DNA of 64,000 bases from Desulfurococcaceae archaeon (lineage in GTDB: Archaea; Thermoproteota; Thermoprotei_A; Sulfolobales; Desulfurococcaceae). This document shows positions 49,240 to 59,839 of this stretch, piece after piece; position 1 is the first letter of the stretch; each line of letters starts with the position of its first letter. The notes under the pieces were generated by a model. It saw nothing but the letters and a program-made list of their open reading frames with translations, was not told the DNA's origin and ran no database searches. The DNA is taken from contig JAWBAI010000008.1 in the NCBI GenBank assembly GCA_038816475.1, positions 9,400 to 73,399 on the forward strand, given 5' to 3'. Both the position numbers and the translations under genes were made by a program.

Positions 49240-51119
49240 AGGGGGGTATTCTGATTAACGGACGCGTTTTCACTGCTAGTTTAATGCTTTTGATGGTTAT
49301 CTTAAGCTCTCTTACATCGTTCGTGGAAGCTCTTCTCACTCAAGGAGATCATGGTGTTATTAGTTGCAGAGTACCCTTGCTGGCGTACCATAAGAGAACA
49401 GGAGAAGGAATAGTTGTTGAAACGGAGATAAGGATATCGCGCAGAAAACCCGGCGTGGTACTCGGCGTTGAAGCTAACCGCGGTATGGTTTCCGAGGATA
49501 CCCTCGAGTCCTTTAAGTTAGCAGCTTTATACGCATCTACACTTTTAAACACATCACCACTGGATTACACATTTAGTTTACGTGTTGATTCCCAGGTGGA
49601 GGGTTTAAGTGCTACTCTTGGGTTCTTTACAACACTTCTCGTAATGCTTAGAACGGGTTCATGCAAACCCGATTACACAGGTACAGGCTTGATAATCCCA
49701 GGTGGTATTGTAGGACCCGTTGGTAAACTGGAAGAGAAGATCAAAGCTGCTTCGGGAGCAAACTTAGATACGGTGTATGTTCCCAGATTGCAGCTCGGAC
49801 AACTAGGTGAGGTCCCGGAGTTCGTGGAAGGTGTTTACACTGTTCTTGAAGTCTACGAGAAGGTGCTGAACACTAGTATAGAGCAGGCGAGTATAGACCC
49901 ACTAGTTACCTACAGTTACCATGGTTACTTCGTAGAAGCGTACTTCGACATGCTGAACAGTACTAGAAGACTACTTGATGTTCTCGAGGAAATTAACTGG
50001 ACGGACACGAAATTAACCACCTCACTTAGGTTGCTTGAACGAGCTGAGAAAGCTTACAATGCGAGTAAGTACTATGTTGCAGCTTCGCGTGCATACGGTG
50101 CTTTCGTGAGTGCTCTTGCATCTTATCTGGATTACCTAGCGAATAGCAAACCAGAGGTTTTCAGCAGTACTGTCAGTACAATGCTCGATGAAGTTAACAA
50201 AACTCTCGACTACACGCAAGTAAAGCTACATGAGCTAGCCAATTACGCTTTCTACAGTAAGGGAAAGAACGATACAAGTGTAATCCTAGTGGACGTAGAA
50301 CTTCTTGATGTACTGGTAAATGCGTACACTCGTTTAATAGAGTCAATGTACTTTATCAACATACTGAGTTCCACTAACATCACGCTTGACGCCTTCATAA
50401 GTGCTGTTGCTCAAAGCTATGCCCGCGCCAAAACAGTGAGAGCATGGCTTAGTGTTGCAGAGAAACTCATTGAAACCAGAAGAATAGTGGGACTTCTCGA
50501 AGAAACCACACCTACACGTTTACCACCAGAGCTTGGCATACTGATAGAGACTAGCGCTAGATACTTAAACTACATGCTTCAGAAACCGCAAAACCTAGTC
50601 ATCATGGGAGAACAAGGACTTGAAGCATATGAGTTTATCTCTGAGCTATCGAGTATATTGTTCACAGTAGGTATGATCTACAGGTCTAACATCTATCCCG
50701 AATGGTCTTTAAACGTAACACTGGATGATGTAGCTGAAATTCGCAGATCGCTACTAAAGCTCATCAACCTCTTGTACAATGAGAGTGGTAAAGTAGCCAT
50801 ATATCCAGTACTTTTACTGGAGCTTGTTGATGATCACCTCGAGTTCCAGGAGGAAGATGTGCAGAGTGCATTAGTACACTTGTTCACCGCATTTACTCAC
50901 GTCTTCATGTACCTATTCATACACCGCTTACTTCTGCTCAGCGCTAGTAGACAGAGTAATCAAGTTGCGCTTGAAGTAGGTTTTCGCGGAAGGACATTTG
51001 AAGCGCTGCTGATCGCGGTTGTAATGCTCATTACTGGTGTAATAATTACAGTACTATCATTCAGGATAACTAGAGTCACCTCTTTCTCACATAGTCGAAC
51101 AGTGTTCGAGTCCTCTTAA
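49215..51119 (+). CDS. Second, divergent Lon-like S16 protease paralog, membrane anchored (true start probably downstream of the sRNA)
   Basis: VEGLSATL, TGLIIPGGIVGPVGKLEEK, YYVAASRAY, C-terminal TM. Confidence 0.75.
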   Translation: MIIQSFAEEGGILINGRVFTASLMLLMVILSSLTSFVEALLTQGDHGVISCRVPLLAYHKRTGEGIVVETEIRISRRKPGVVLGVEANRGMVSEDTLESFKLAALYASTLLNTSPLDYTFSLRVDSQVEGLSATLGFFTTLLVMLRTGSCKPDYTGTGLIIPGGIVGPVGKLEEKIKAASGANLDTVYVPRLQLGQLGEVPEFVEGVYTVLEVYEKVLNTSIEQASIDPLVTYSYHGYFVEAYFDMLNSTRRLLDVLEEINWTDTKLTTSLRLLERAEKAYNASKYYVAASRAYGAFVSALASYLDYLANSKPEVFSSTVSTMLDEVNKTLDYTQVKLHELANYAFYSKGKNDTSVILVDVELLDVLVNAYTRLIESMYFINILSSTNITLDAFISAVAQSYARAKTVRAWLSVAEKLIETRRIVGLLEETTPTRLPPELGILIETSARYLNYMLQKPQNLVIMGEQGLEAYEFISELSSILFTVGMIYRSNIYPEWSLNVTLDDVAEIRRSLLKLINLLYNESGKVAIYPVLLLELVDDHLEFQEEDVQSALVHLFTAFTHVFMYLFIHRLLLLSASRQSNQVALEVGFRGRTFEALLIAVVMLITGVIITVLSFRITRVTSFSHSRTVFESS

Positions 51120-51735
51120 CCTCTCCAGGAGTAGTACTCAGAGACTCGTCTACGGCTGGTTTAATAACCTCCTTGAAATCCTTTTCGAGATCCATTCTGA
51201 GTGGTGGCTTGTATAGTGCTGATGCTGGGTGATAGGTGGGTATGATACTGGTCTCAAATCCAAGTAGATTAACCTTGTGAACTTTACCATGGTGTGCTGC
51301 CATGTTGATCCACTTCAATCCTGCAAGCCTGAAGAGTATTCTACCGGAGTGTCTACCGAGTGCAACGATAACTCTTGGTTTTAGTAACTCTAGCTGCTTT
51401 ATGAGATATGGTAAACATGCTTCGATTTCATCATCCTCGGGATCCCTGTTACCAGGTGGTCTACACTTAACAACGTTGGTAATGTAGAAGTCCTCTCGCT
51501 TATAACCTATAGACTCTATGAGCTCTGTTAGCAGCTTTCCAGCAGCTCCAACAAACGGTCTTCCCATTTCGTCTTCTTTCTCACCGGGAGCTTCTCCAAT
51601 GAACACTACAGGCGAGTTCTTGTTTCCTTCGCCTGGAACAGCGTTTCTCCTATTAGCGTGTAGTTTGCACTTTCTGCAGTTCAGTATCTCCTTCTCCAGC
51701 TCATCCCAGCTACTTGTGCTCAAAGCATAAAACAC
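51076..51735 (-). CDS. udg: Family 4 uracil-DNA glycosylase
   Basis: CRKCKL, GEAPG..ED..GRPFVG, NVVKCRPP.NRDP, HPAS. Confidence 0.95.
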   Translation of the reverse strand: MFYALSTSSWDELEKEILNCRKCKLHANRRNAVPGEGNKNSPVVFIGEAPGEKEDEMGRPFVGAAGKLLTELIESIGYKREDFYITNVVKCRPPGNRDPEDDEIEACLPYLIKQLELLKPRVIVALGRHSGRILFRLAGLKWINMAAHHGKVHKVNLLGFETSIIPTYHPASALYKPPLRMDLEKDFKEVIKPAVDESLSTTPGEVKRTRTLFDYVRKR

Positions 51736-51795
51736 CAGGTGTTCTCACGAGTAATCCATTGTAGTGTGGTTTCAGGAGTAGTAATTAACTCTTCA

Positions 51796-52482
51796 CTACG
51801 GAAGAAACCCCAGTGTGAAAGAGACAAGTATTACGCAGCTGGATACCAGCGTTATCAGTATGTTATCGTCCACGTGAGGCGCAAACTCGAAGTGCTCTGC
51901 AATCGTGGATGCTATACCTGCGATCAAACCCGGGTACCTAGCGTACAAGTATCCTATGAGAATGGTAACAGCGAGCATACCGAGGTTTCCAATCCACGAC
52001 TTTGTTCTTCTCCCGTACACAACGTTCCTAATAACGCCGGTTACGGCGTCACCAAAGGATATGAAAAGTGGTGGTACAACAGCGTAGTAGGGATTTCCTG
52101 TTGCAAGCCAAATGATGAGGAGCGAGAAACCCCAGGAGAAGCAGAAATAAACCTCGTATATGTTATCACTGGTTTGAAACCAGGTCATCAGCTTCCTACT
52201 TCTATGCGGTATATACACGATGAATCCCAGGAGAAGCGCGAAGAGGAAGGGTATTAGCGGCGAAGTGAAAAGATAGGGTACCAGTAGTGCTGTTACACCA
52301 CCCGCAAGCATGTGAATTATCTTCCTGTTGTAGTACACAGCAACATTGTGCCTAAGGTTTAGCTTAGTTAGTAACCTGTACGTGATCTTCGTTAAACCCA
52401 GTGTAGCTATAACCATTGAGAGGAGAGCTAATGCATAGAGAAACTCTCTCAGTGGATCCTGGGGCAAGATCATTCGAATCAC
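51796..52482 (-). CDS. Dolichol/phytol kinase-like membrane protein
   Basis: RKIIHM, SFGDAVTG, KSWIG, DDNILI. Confidence 0.82.
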   Translation of the reverse strand: MIRMILPQDPLREFLYALALLSMVIATLGLTKITYRLLTKLNLRHNVAVYYNRKIIHMLAGGVTALLVPYLFTSPLIPFLFALLLGFIVYIPHRSRKLMTWFQTSDNIYEVYFCFSWGFSLLIIWLATGNPYYAVVPPLFISFGDAVTGVIRNVVYGRRTKSWIGNLGMLAVTILIGYLYARYPGLIAGIASTIAEHFEFAPHVDDNILITLVSSCVILVSFTLGFLP

Positions 52483-52573
52483 TCAGTACTATAAAGCTAT
52501 GGTGCTATAGTCTAGATCACGGCCTTTAAACTTAAAAATCTTACAGATACCTGTAGAGGTTTACCGCGGTGCA

Positions 52574-53308
52574 TTGTTCGTGAAGCTTGAGGTCTGCGTT
52601 TCTGACGGTGGAAGTAGAGTTTGTTCTACGGAACCATGGCTTGATCTTGCCTTGAGAATCTGTAGGGGTGTTGAGAACTCAGTTAAGCTTGCATCCAGGG
52701 TTTCACTCTACAGGAGGCTATTAATGAAGATTCTCGGGCTTAAACCCTTGGAGACCATTGGTGATAAGATCGTATGGGCTGTTGTAAACAACGGGGAGAG
52801 TCTCCTAGAGGTAGAGCTAAAGGGTGATGACTGGTACCTAGTTTACTCGAGAAAGCTACCAAGAGTAATTGCACTCGCTTTAGCAGAACCCACGAGAGTA
52901 GCTATGTTCATGCTTGTTGGCGTCTCAGGTGTACCGGTTAACCTCGCGGTAGCAGTCTACGTTCACAGTAGACTTTCAGCAATACTCGGTTTACTTGCTA
53001 ACCCGCTTGCATCAACAGCGGGTTTTGAAGCCAGTGTTCTCTGGAACTTTACGTTACACGAGAAGGTAACCTTCCGTGGGAGAAAACTCGATAGAACGCT
53101 TAAAGGTGTACTTGCTAGACTACTGAAGTACCACGTTGCAAGCGTAATCAGCTACTTATCACAGGTATTAACGGCAACACTTCTACCGGCTGTTTTCGGC
53201 TTCTCCTTTTGGCTTGCTCAACTACTAGGTATTATTGTAGGGTTTACAGTAAACTTTATTTTAGGCTACGCTTATACATGGAGTACGCAGTTGCTTAGAG
53301 AGGTGTAA
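52574..53308 (+). CDS. GtrA-family membrane protein with N-terminal soluble extension
   Basis: FMLVGVSGVPVN, EASVLWNFTLHEKVTF, RLLKYH, NFILGYAYTW. Confidence 0.78.
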   Translation: MFVKLEVCVSDGGSRVCSTEPWLDLALRICRGVENSVKLASRVSLYRRLLMKILGLKPLETIGDKIVWAVVNNGESLLEVELKGDDWYLVYSRKLPRVIALALAEPTRVAMFMLVGVSGVPVNLAVAVYVHSRLSAILGLLANPLASTAGFEASVLWNFTLHEKVTFRGRKLDRTLKGVLARLLKYHVASVISYLSQVLTATLLPAVFGFSFWLAQLLGIIVGFTVNFILGYAYTWSTQLLREV

Positions 53309-53311
53309 TCT

Positions 53312-53542
53312 ATGGGGTTAAAGCACAGAAAGTACGTTTACGTTGAGAGAAAGGATGGATACTACGTGAAGATCAGAGTTCTGAACATCAGGTTTGGAAG
53401 GAAGATCGAGGGTGGAGATGTTCAAGACCCAACACGCTATATTTTAACAGGTGTTAAGACGAAGAAGCCACCAAGATCAGCTGTTGTAGTAAGCGAGGAG
53501 GTTCTTCCACAGCAGGTTAGAGAACTGGTATACACCGTTTAG
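53312..53542 (+). CDS. Small conserved crenarchaeal protein (DUF5622-like)
   Basis: GAGGTG RBS; KH.KYVYV..KDG.YVK.RV pattern. Confidence 0.7.
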   Translation: MGLKHRKYVYVERKDGYYVKIRVLNIRFGRKIEGGDVQDPTRYILTGVKTKKPPRSAVVVSEEVLPQQVRELVYTV

Positions 53543-53554
53543 CGTGAGTGCTTC

Positions 53555-53848
53555 TTGACAGAGGATGTTGTGAACCTGGTAAAGAGCCATCTAAGCAAAG
53601 CAGTCTACGAAAAGCAAGGACGCTACACGCTGATCGTCGGTGAGTTCAACGGAGTTAAAGTAGTTGTTTGCATAGCCGAGAACTACGCTAAGGTCATGCT
53701 CGAGGAAGACGTACCAACACTCAACTGCAGAGAAGCCGAGTACAGTCCAGCTGGTTTATACGCGTTCTCCGAGAAACCAGAAAACCTCCCATCAAAGATA
53801 GCAGAGAAAATAAGTACACTGATCTCTAGAAAACGAAGACTCAATTAA
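53555..53848 (+). CDS. Hypothetical protein
   Basis: Operonic ORF with host-like codon use. Confidence 0.65.
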   Translation: MTEDVVNLVKSHLSKAVYEKQGRYTLIVGEFNGVKVVVCIAENYAKVMLEEDVPTLNCREAEYSPAGLYAFSEKPENLPSKIAEKISTLISRKRRLN

Positions 53849-54072
53849 TCTATGCCCGTAGATCGAACACCTGTGTTCTTAATTCGGATCTAATGTCTTT
53901 CTTCGAATTGAGCTCGAATAATTAGGAATGCACAATCGAATAGTATTCACTCTTTGCCTCTAAGATAACTGTGAAAAACTCAAAGAGCTGTACGGTTAAA
54001 CGTACTATCTCAAGCAGAATATTCCAAAAATTAATAAATTTACCTTGTGAAAATTGATAAGCGGGAAAGAGA

Positions 54073-54534
54073 TTGCCTATGCCAAAGTATTTATCAATAA
54101 TAATTCTCGTTACTCTACTCGCAACGGTTCTCGGTGTGGTTTTGTGGGGTACCTTAGGTTTTATTAGGTGTGAAGTCGAGTTTGTAGGTTACGAACTGGA
54201 GTACATGAATCCGTACTACATGAGGTTTTACATATTGGTCAAAGTCACGAACCCCAGCTGGACCAAGGTGACGGTTAATCGTGTTGATTGGAGACTGTAC
54301 TGGAAGGGTAAACTCGTTGATGGGGGTTCTTACAAAACTTATTATGAGGTACATCCGGGTGTGACAACATTTATTCGGGTGCCAGTTGAGCTCCATCGAG
54401 ACGACCTTATTGAAAAGATAGGGATTGATGCGCACATAATATGGGAAGAAGCAGAGAACAGGTCATTGCTATGGAGTGTAAGCGGTAAGGTCTACGTGGC
54501 AGTAGCGTACTGGGAGCACGAGTTCAGAGGGTAA
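54073..54534 (+). CDS. LEA type 2 / WHy-like membrane-anchored protein
   Basis: N-terminal TM, VKVTNPS motif, beta-rich Ig-like pattern. Confidence 0.6.
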   Translation: MPMPKYLSIIILVTLLATVLGVVLWGTLGFIRCEVEFVGYELEYMNPYYMRFYILVKVTNPSWTKVTVNRVDWRLYWKGKLVDGGSYKTYYEVHPGVTTFIRVPVELHRDDLIEKIGIDAHIIWEEAENRSLLWSVSGKVYVAVAYWEHEFRG

Positions 54535-54870
54535 GAAACCGGCGGGAACACCCAAGAAGTACATAATCTTAGAGTTTGAAATACGAGGTGCTCTGCGAAG
54601 TCTCGAACGCCCTAAGAGATAGGGAAGACCTATAACAGGAAACGTGAACAAAAGCGAAACAAAGTCTTCCAGCTTAGGCCCCACGAGAAGCTTTAAGTTG
54701 CTAAGCAATCCTATAACAAGAGACTTCATTGAGTACAACAAAGTTGCAGAGAAGACTACCAAGGAGCCAGGAGATTCGTTGGATCGGTGAACAAAATGAC
54801 GCTACTCCGGGCAAAGCTCACGGATCTTTCAGTGATAGAGCACATTCAACAGTACTAAACTTTGTTTCTT

Positions 54871-54894
54871 AAAGTATTTTTGAAAGTATTTTTG
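54871..54894. repeat. Perfect 12-bp tandem duplication AAAGTATTTTTG x2
   Basis: Seen directly at 54871-54882 and 54883-54894. Confidence 0.8.
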
Positions 54895-55097
54895 GAGCCT
54901 CGCGAGCACAAGCGTAGAGGTCGTCTGAGCCAATAATAACTCTATGTATGTTTCCTCTACTGGGTTAACTATATCACCAATATTTAGCCTTTGCGGCTTT
55001 TACCGGGCTCTATAGTACCTTGGCCTGAATTAAGCGGCGGAGAGTACGAAGCCAAGTTTTATTACCCCTGGAATCCGAAAATAGTTAGGGAAATGCG

Positions 55098-56393
55098 ATG
55101 TTAAAGGCTATAATCACAAAATCCTTAGCTCTAATTCTCATCATAGTAGTGCTCGTTGTCGCGGTCGCTGTAGGCGTGTACTTTACGACGAGACCAGCTC
55201 CTGCAGGTATCACAGTTAGAGAAATCACGATTGGGGTGATCGAACCGTTAACGGGCAAATATGCGGTATTCGGGCAGGAAGCTGTATGGGCTGCAGAGCT
55301 AGTTGTAGATATAATAAACAACGAATTAGGTGGAGTAAAATCTCTTGGTGGTGCTAAGCTAAGGCTAGTGGTTGAAGACGCAGGCACTAGCCCCGAAGAA
55401 GCTAGATTAGCTGCTGAAAGGTTAATAGCGGCACATAAGCCAAATATAATTATTGGAGCATACATTAGTAGGCTAACAGCAGCTGTCGCGGAAGTAACAG
55501 AAGCGAATAAAGTTATACTGGTAATGGACGCGCTAGTTGACGCCCTGACTGAAAGAGGCTGGTTATATGTCTTCAGAATTGCTCCGAAAGCATCTATACA
55601 CGGTAGAAGTGCTATCCAATTCCTGCTAGACATGGCTAAACAGCATGGTGTTGAATTAAAGAGGATCGTGATCATTCACGAAGACTCCATTTTTGGTACG
55701 TATGTTTCTCAAGGCGCGCACCTGGAGGCTATTGCCAACCGTATAGAGGTCGCTGCGCACATATCATACCCGTACGATATAGCGGACTTTTCTCCGATAC
55801 TCGACACAATTAGAAGAATAAACCCCGACGCAATAGTATCTGTACCATACTTCTCTGATGGGGTGCTTTTCGCAAAGCAGTTTGCCGAGAGCGGAATTAA
55901 GGTAAAGTTCATTGCAGGTGCAGGTGGTTGCGGGTATACAGACCCAGACTCCATAAAGGCGGCAGGTGAAGCCGTTCTCTACTATACTAACACGTATAGC
56001 TATAACCCGTATAAACAAACCGAATGGAATAGAAGAATTGTATCTAGGTTCATGGAGAAGTACGGTAAATTACCTACTGAGGCTGCCGGAATAATATTCT
56101 ACTCCCTATTTACAGTCTATGAAGCCCTTGAATTGTCAGGTAAAATGTTCCCGCAAGATCCACTTAACCCGGATAACCTCAGGCAGGCATTTCTAAGTCT
56201 AGATCTCAACGAGACAAACAGCATTGCCGCACAGCTATACCCGTCTGGTAGAATAAAGTTCGCACCTAACGGTGAAAACCTGTACCAATTAGCAGCCATT
56301 CTGCAAGTGCAGAGAGTGAACGGAACGCTCACACCAGTACTAGTGTGGCCTGAGCCGCAACCCGGAGTCAAACCTGTATTTCCCAGACCTTAA
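55098..56393 (+). CDS. livK: Branched-chain amino acid ABC transporter substrate-binding protein
   Basis: IGVIEPLTG.YA.FG, GGVKSLGGAKL, YVFR, EDSIFG. Confidence 0.85.
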   Translation: MLKAIITKSLALILIIVVLVVAVAVGVYFTTRPAPAGITVREITIGVIEPLTGKYAVFGQEAVWAAELVVDIINNELGGVKSLGGAKLRLVVEDAGTSPEEARLAAERLIAAHKPNIIIGAYISRLTAAVAEVTEANKVILVMDALVDALTERGWLYVFRIAPKASIHGRSAIQFLLDMAKQHGVELKRIVIIHEDSIFGTYVSQGAHLEAIANRIEVAAHISYPYDIADFSPILDTIRRINPDAIVSVPYFSDGVLFAKQFAESGIKVKFIAGAGGCGYTDPDSIKAAGEAVLYYTNTYSYNPYKQTEWNRRIVSRFMEKYGKLPTEAAGIIFYSLFTVYEALELSGKMFPQDPLNPDNLRQAFLSLDLNETNSIAAQLYPSGRIKFAPNGENLYQLAAILQVQRVNGTLTPVLVWPEPQPGVKPVFPRP

Positions 56394-56443
56394 ATTATGA
56401 GACCTCGTTTTTATTCTTATACCTTAGAGCACCACAATGATAT

Positions 56444-57328
56444 GTGGGGTCGAGTGTAGTGGGGATAGATCTTACTTTAGTTGTGAGTGGTGTTATTAAT
56501 GGAATGGTCCTCGGAGCCCTTTACGCGCTAGCTGCACTAGGTCTCTCGCTGATATTTGGCGTACTGGATATAATAAACTTTGCCCATGGAGACTTCATAA
56601 TGCTGGCATCTTATGTGGTGTACTTAGTAGCGTTATCAACGGGTCACTTGTGGCTTGCCTTCGCAGTAACCCTCGCTGTTTTTACATTACTGGGAGTTAG
56701 CATATACCGGGGGATTATTCATCACGTACTCGGCAAAGAACCGCTTATACAAATAGCTATCACCGTAGGCTTGGGATTAATACTCCAAAACGTAGCGTTG
56801 GCCATTTTTAGAGCTGAACCAAAAGCCCTTCCTCAGACGCTCTTTCCCTACCCCATTACACTAGGTTTCATCAGCATTAGTGCCAACAGGCTGTTTATAG
56901 CGTTTATATCGCTAATTCTCATAGTTCTTGTACACTTGTACTTAACGAAGACCAAGCCTGGTTTAGCGTCATTAGCTGTTGCTGAGAATAGAGAGGCTGC
57001 GTGGTTAATGGGCATCAATGTACCAGTAACGTACATGTTAACATTCAGTCTCGGAACAATACTAGCGTCCATTGCAGCTTTTTTATGGATGCAAATAGGC
57101 CCGGTAGACCCCTATTTAGGAACTGTTTTTGGGCTTGTGTGCTGGATTATAGTAGCGCTTGGAGGGCTAGGAGGAGTAACCGGGGTTATAGCTGCTGGGC
57201 TTATAATAGGCATTTTAGATAGCCTTGGAAGCGTTTTTCTAACTCCTTCAGGCAAGTTCATACCGATGTACTTGGCATTCATATTAACGTTGTGGTTTAG
57301 GCCGAGAGGCCTTTTCGCTAGGAGGTGA
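56444..57328 (+). CDS. livH: Branched-chain amino acid ABC permease
   Basis: YALAALGLSLIFGVLDIINFAHG, AAWLMGIN, LGGLG, RPRGLF. Confidence 0.9.
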   Translation: MGSSVVGIDLTLVVSGVINGMVLGALYALAALGLSLIFGVLDIINFAHGDFIMLASYVVYLVALSTGHLWLAFAVTLAVFTLLGVSIYRGIIHHVLGKEPLIQIAITVGLGLILQNVALAIFRAEPKALPQTLFPYPITLGFISISANRLFIAFISLILIVLVHLYLTKTKPGLASLAVAENREAAWLMGINVPVTYMLTFSLGTILASIAAFLWMQIGPVDPYLGTVFGLVCWIIVALGGLGGVTGVIAAGLIIGILDSLGSVFLTPSGKFIPMYLAFILTLWFRPRGLFARR

Positions 57329-58287
57329 ACACGTTGAAGTCTACTGTTAGAGAGTATCATGGTAGAATACTGGTCGTCGTACTACTGTTAATAGCGATGT
57401 ACTTCGTAGCCCGACTCGAGAGATATTATTTGCTCTTCATCATAAATATCCTTTACTTCGCAAGCATAGTGCTGGCATGGAACATCATAGGAGGATATGC
57501 CGGCCAGCTGGACCTTGCATCGGCAGCATACATGGCTACGGGTGGTATAGTAACCGCCTTACTAATCGACAACTTGAATATACCTCCATTAATAGCGGTG
57601 TTCGGGGGAGGACTGACATCCGCCGCACTTGCGGGCGCTATCGGCTTCCCAATGTTCAGGTTTGGAGTTAAAGAAGTATGGTATGCATTGTCAACGGCAG
57701 CTCTTGTAGTCATATTAAACAACGCAATACGCCTACTGATAGGTCCCTACGAATACTATCTAGTTGCAAGGCCCATCAAGACGTACGACGAGCTATACCT
57801 TTACACTTCTATAGCACTCCTATTCGTACTAATATTCAACTATGTTATTTCAAGGTCCAAGTTTGGGTTCTACTTGAGGGCTATAAGAGAAGACGAGCTG
57901 GCCGCTGAGGCTATAGGCATAAATACGCGTAAGTATAAGCTATTTGCATTACTGGTATATGCGTTTATTCTCGGGTCTCTCGGTTATCTGTACGTCGCGT
58001 TAATAGGCTATTTCTACACATACAGATTTTACGATACTAGCATATCAGTTAGCATTGCCATATTAGGTATCATCGGGGGGCTTGGTAGTGTCGAGGGAGC
58101 ACTAGTCTCAGCTGTTATACTCAGAGGCATTGGTGAATATCTGAGAGCACACTTCGCGTACATAATACCTGGACTCCACCTACTTCTATATGGCACAATG
58201 CTTTTGGTGATAGGGATCTTCGAGCCGGAAGGCATTTCGGGGCTTTCCAGGAGAATTTACGGCATTCTCAGAGGTGCTAGGTCGTGA
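57325..58287 (+). CDS. livM: Branched-chain amino acid ABC permease
   Basis: WNIIGGYAGQ, AIREDELAAEAIGI, IGGLGS, PEGI. Confidence 0.9.
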   Translation: MNTLKSTVREYHGRILVVVLLLIAMYFVARLERYYLLFIINILYFASIVLAWNIIGGYAGQLDLASAAYMATGGIVTALLIDNLNIPPLIAVFGGGLTSAALAGAIGFPMFRFGVKEVWYALSTAALVVILNNAIRLLIGPYEYYLVARPIKTYDELYLYTSIALLFVLIFNYVISRSKFGFYLRAIREDELAAEAIGINTRKYKLFALLVYAFILGSLGYLYVALIGYFYTYRFYDTSISVSIAILGIIGGLGSVEGALVSAVILRGIGEYLRAHFAYIIPGLHLLLYGTMLLVIGIFEPEGISGLSRRIYGILRGARS

Positions 58288-59012
58288 GTAGTCCACTTCT
58301 TTATACAATAAATCTCGTTAAAAGATTTGGCGGTATAAGAGCACTTGACGGAGTGAATTTCTCCGTTGAAAAGGGCGTTATAAAAGGTCTAATAGGTCCC
58401 AACGGCTCAGGTAAAACAACGCTCTTAAACTGCATTACAGGCGTAGTTAGGCCGGACAGCGGTAGAGTGATCTTTAATGGATTAGATATAACCGGCCGCC
58501 TACCCCACCAGGTCGCTAAAATAGGCATTGCAAGGACTTGGCAGATAGTGAGGCCTTTCAAGAAAATGTCTATAATCGACGCGGTTACCACAGCTGCTCT
58601 TGTGAGGATTGGAGAGATCGAGAAGGCGCGTAGCGAGGCAGAAAGTATTTTACAAATGTTCGGTTTCAGTAGAGAAACCATGAAGAAGCGTGGTAGTGAG
58701 ATAACCCTCATGCAACATAAGATAGTAGACCTTGCGAGAGCCCTCGCGCTGAAGCCAACACTTCTCTTCGTAGACGAGATTGCGGCTGGTCTCCGTCCTG
58801 CTGAGGTAGACGAGATAGTCAGGATATTGAAGAGTGTCCATGAGGAAATGGGCATAACGATGGTCGTAGTCGAGCACCTCATGACGTTCATAATGAAAAT
58901 AAGTGATGTAATCTCTGTGATGCACGAAGGTAAGCTGATAGCCGAAGGAACCCCTGAGGAGATCTCTAAAAACCCGAAAGTGATCGAGGTGTATTTAGGA
59001 ATGAGGGTGTGA
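58284..59012 (+). CDS. livG: Branched-chain amino acid ABC ATPase
   Basis: FGGIRAL, GPNGSGKT, GIARTWQ, VEH, VIEVYLG. Confidence 0.9.
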   Translation: MSSPLLYTINLVKRFGGIRALDGVNFSVEKGVIKGLIGPNGSGKTTLLNCITGVVRPDSGRVIFNGLDITGRLPHQVAKIGIARTWQIVRPFKKMSIIDAVTTAALVRIGEIEKARSEAESILQMFGFSRETMKKRGSEITLMQHKIVDLARALALKPTLLFVDEIAAGLRPAEVDEIVRILKSVHEEMGITMVVVEHLMTFIMKISDVISVMHEGKLIAEGTPEEISKNPKVIEVYLGMRV

Positions 59013-59728
59013 AGATGCCAATTTTGCGTCTCGAAAACGTAAATGCTGGATACGGCGAATTTAGAGTCTTACACAATATTAACCTCGAAGTAGAACGTGG
59101 TGAAGTGGTAGCTATCGTAGGGCCTAATGGTGCGGGAAAAACCACGTTATTAAAGACTATAATGGGTCTTACGACGTTATACAGTGGCAAGATAGTTGTC
59201 GAAGGAGTAGATGTTACGAGAGAAAGCCCTGACAAGAGGGTTAAGCGGGGACTAGTACTAATACCTGAGGGAAGAGGGCTGTTTCCCAGTTTAACAGTGA
59301 GAGAAAACTTACTACTAGGAGCATATACTGTTAAATCCAAGGAAGAAGTGAAAGAGAGACTCGAACTGGTATATACGCTATTTCCGAGATTAAGAGAGCG
59401 AGAATTACAGAAAGCGAAGACTCTTTCGGGCGGAGAAGCACAAATGCTGGCCATAGCTAGGGGCCTTATGAGCAATCCTAAGTTGCTAATGCTAGATGAA
59501 CCCAGTCTTGGACTTGCACCTAAAATCGTTGCAGAGGTTTTTGAGATCATAAGAAGGTTACGTGAACAGTATAGAATATCGTTCCTCCTCGTAGAGCAGC
59601 ATGTGAAGGAGTCCTTGGAAATAGCCGATAGGGGATATGTAATACAAGGTGGCAGAATAGTTGCTAGTGGTAAGAGTAGTGATTTGCTAAACGTCGAAGA
59701 GCTTAGAAAGATTTACATGACTAGATGA
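59009..59728 (+). CDS. livF: Branched-chain amino acid ABC ATPase
   Basis: GPNGAGKT, PEGRGLF, LSGGEAQMLAI, DEPSLGLAP, VEQ. Confidence 0.92.
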   Translation: MKMPILRLENVNAGYGEFRVLHNINLEVERGEVVAIVGPNGAGKTTLLKTIMGLTTLYSGKIVVEGVDVTRESPDKRVKRGLVLIPEGRGLFPSLTVRENLLLGAYTVKSKEEVKERLELVYTLFPRLRERELQKAKTLSGGEAQMLAIARGLMSNPKLLMLDEPSLGLAPKIVAEVFEIIRRLREQYRISFLLVEQHVKESLEIADRGYVIQGGRIVASGKSSDLLNVEELRKIYMTR

Positions 59729-59839
59729 CTAGGTAGACATTAAGGGTGATCACCTAGGCATGATATTATCTCGAGAACTTCATGGACCTTAAAACTTCCA
59801 GCTCTAATTCATGATTTTTAAATCTACTCCGTGTAGTCA

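Noticed and set aside
54535-54830. Possible second PIN remnant (LKYEVLCEVSNALR)
   Set aside because: Too degraded to support without a search
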